Position numbers and translations under genes: made by a program. The notes below the pieces were generated by a model that was not told where the DNA came from, ran no database searches, and saw nothing but the letters and a program-made list of their open reading frames with translations. Of a stretch of DNA of 64,000 bases, positions 63,801 to 64,000 are shown one piece after another (the stretch's first letter is position 1; each line of letters begins with the position of its first letter). Source of the DNA: Cyanophora paradoxa CCMP329 (Eukaryota; Plantae; Glaucophyta); contig QPMI01000064.1 of assembly GCA_004431415.1 (NCBI GenBank), positions 186,001 to 250,000 on the forward strand, written 5' to 3'.

Positions 63801-64000
63801 CGTCGCGTTCCTGTACGTGCCGCTCTTGCACGCTAAAAAGAAATGTCAGATTCTGATCCGATGCTTGAGGGCCATAAGTGGGTCTAAAGACGACGTACGC
63901 AGGCACGTTTGGCTGTCGGGGGAAGACACCCATCCGACGGGGCAACGGGTGCAGTTTGTCGATCCTAGCAAAGGAGCGATTTCGTTGACTCCGCAACTGC
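57821..64000 (-). CDS. 3' part of a large Cys-rich (GCC2/GCC3, ephrin-receptor-like repeat) multi-pass membrane protein; starts beyond the window, possibly decaying
   Basis: Dozens of C..CP.G.Y/F...C units, e.g. CLPGRYRAAGMSECMVCPFGHFSGVGAKTCNECPAGRVSNVERTACEACRPGFF and CHAGTYAHFGSSECLQCPLNTHSPPGVSQCLPCDEG. TMs FMWIGVAVAIFLILTAFGFFLYITVF and FFSIAAVAGIVVAGACSL. Some repeats lack Cys or change frame (~62100-62800). Confidence 0.7.

Overview
Eukaryotic nuclear DNA: very GC-rich and intron-dense, with short introns (mostly ~45-70 nt; donors GTGCGC/GTCCGC and often GC; acceptors GCGCAG). The organism has an axonemal-type dynein, so it is probably a flagellated protist or alga; the style is reminiscent of a glaucophyte such as Cyanophora, which I cannot verify. 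The supplied ORF track is mostly fragments of spliced genes and GC-rich antisense shadows. From left to right: a cytosolic GAF/PAS hybrid histidine kinase (-); two MITEs; a Kelch-EGF single-pass surface protein (-) head-to-head with a Skp1/BTB-like gene (+); a two-TM CHASE sensor with no catalytic output domain (-) head-to-head with a PPR protein (+); then the main finding. That is a divergent pair 259 bp apart: an NLR-like ARM-NACHT-pentapeptide-WD40 gene (-) and a dynein heavy chain (+) whose N-terminal tail has been replaced by a paralogous copy of the NLR's ARM-like domain. Both proteins start MGCGAS (myristoylation/palmitoylation) and share five intron positions in that domain. The right ~19 kb is lower in GC and holds decayed genes (LRR-like, MFS), MITEs, an intact bacterial-type SET-domain gene and the 3' part of a large Cys-rich membrane-protein gene. 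Local duplicates show a recurrent 3-bp inverted-triplication mutation (X -> X-revcomp(X)-X) that could explain the palindrome-rich intergenic DNA. All gene models and alignments were built by eye; none was computed.
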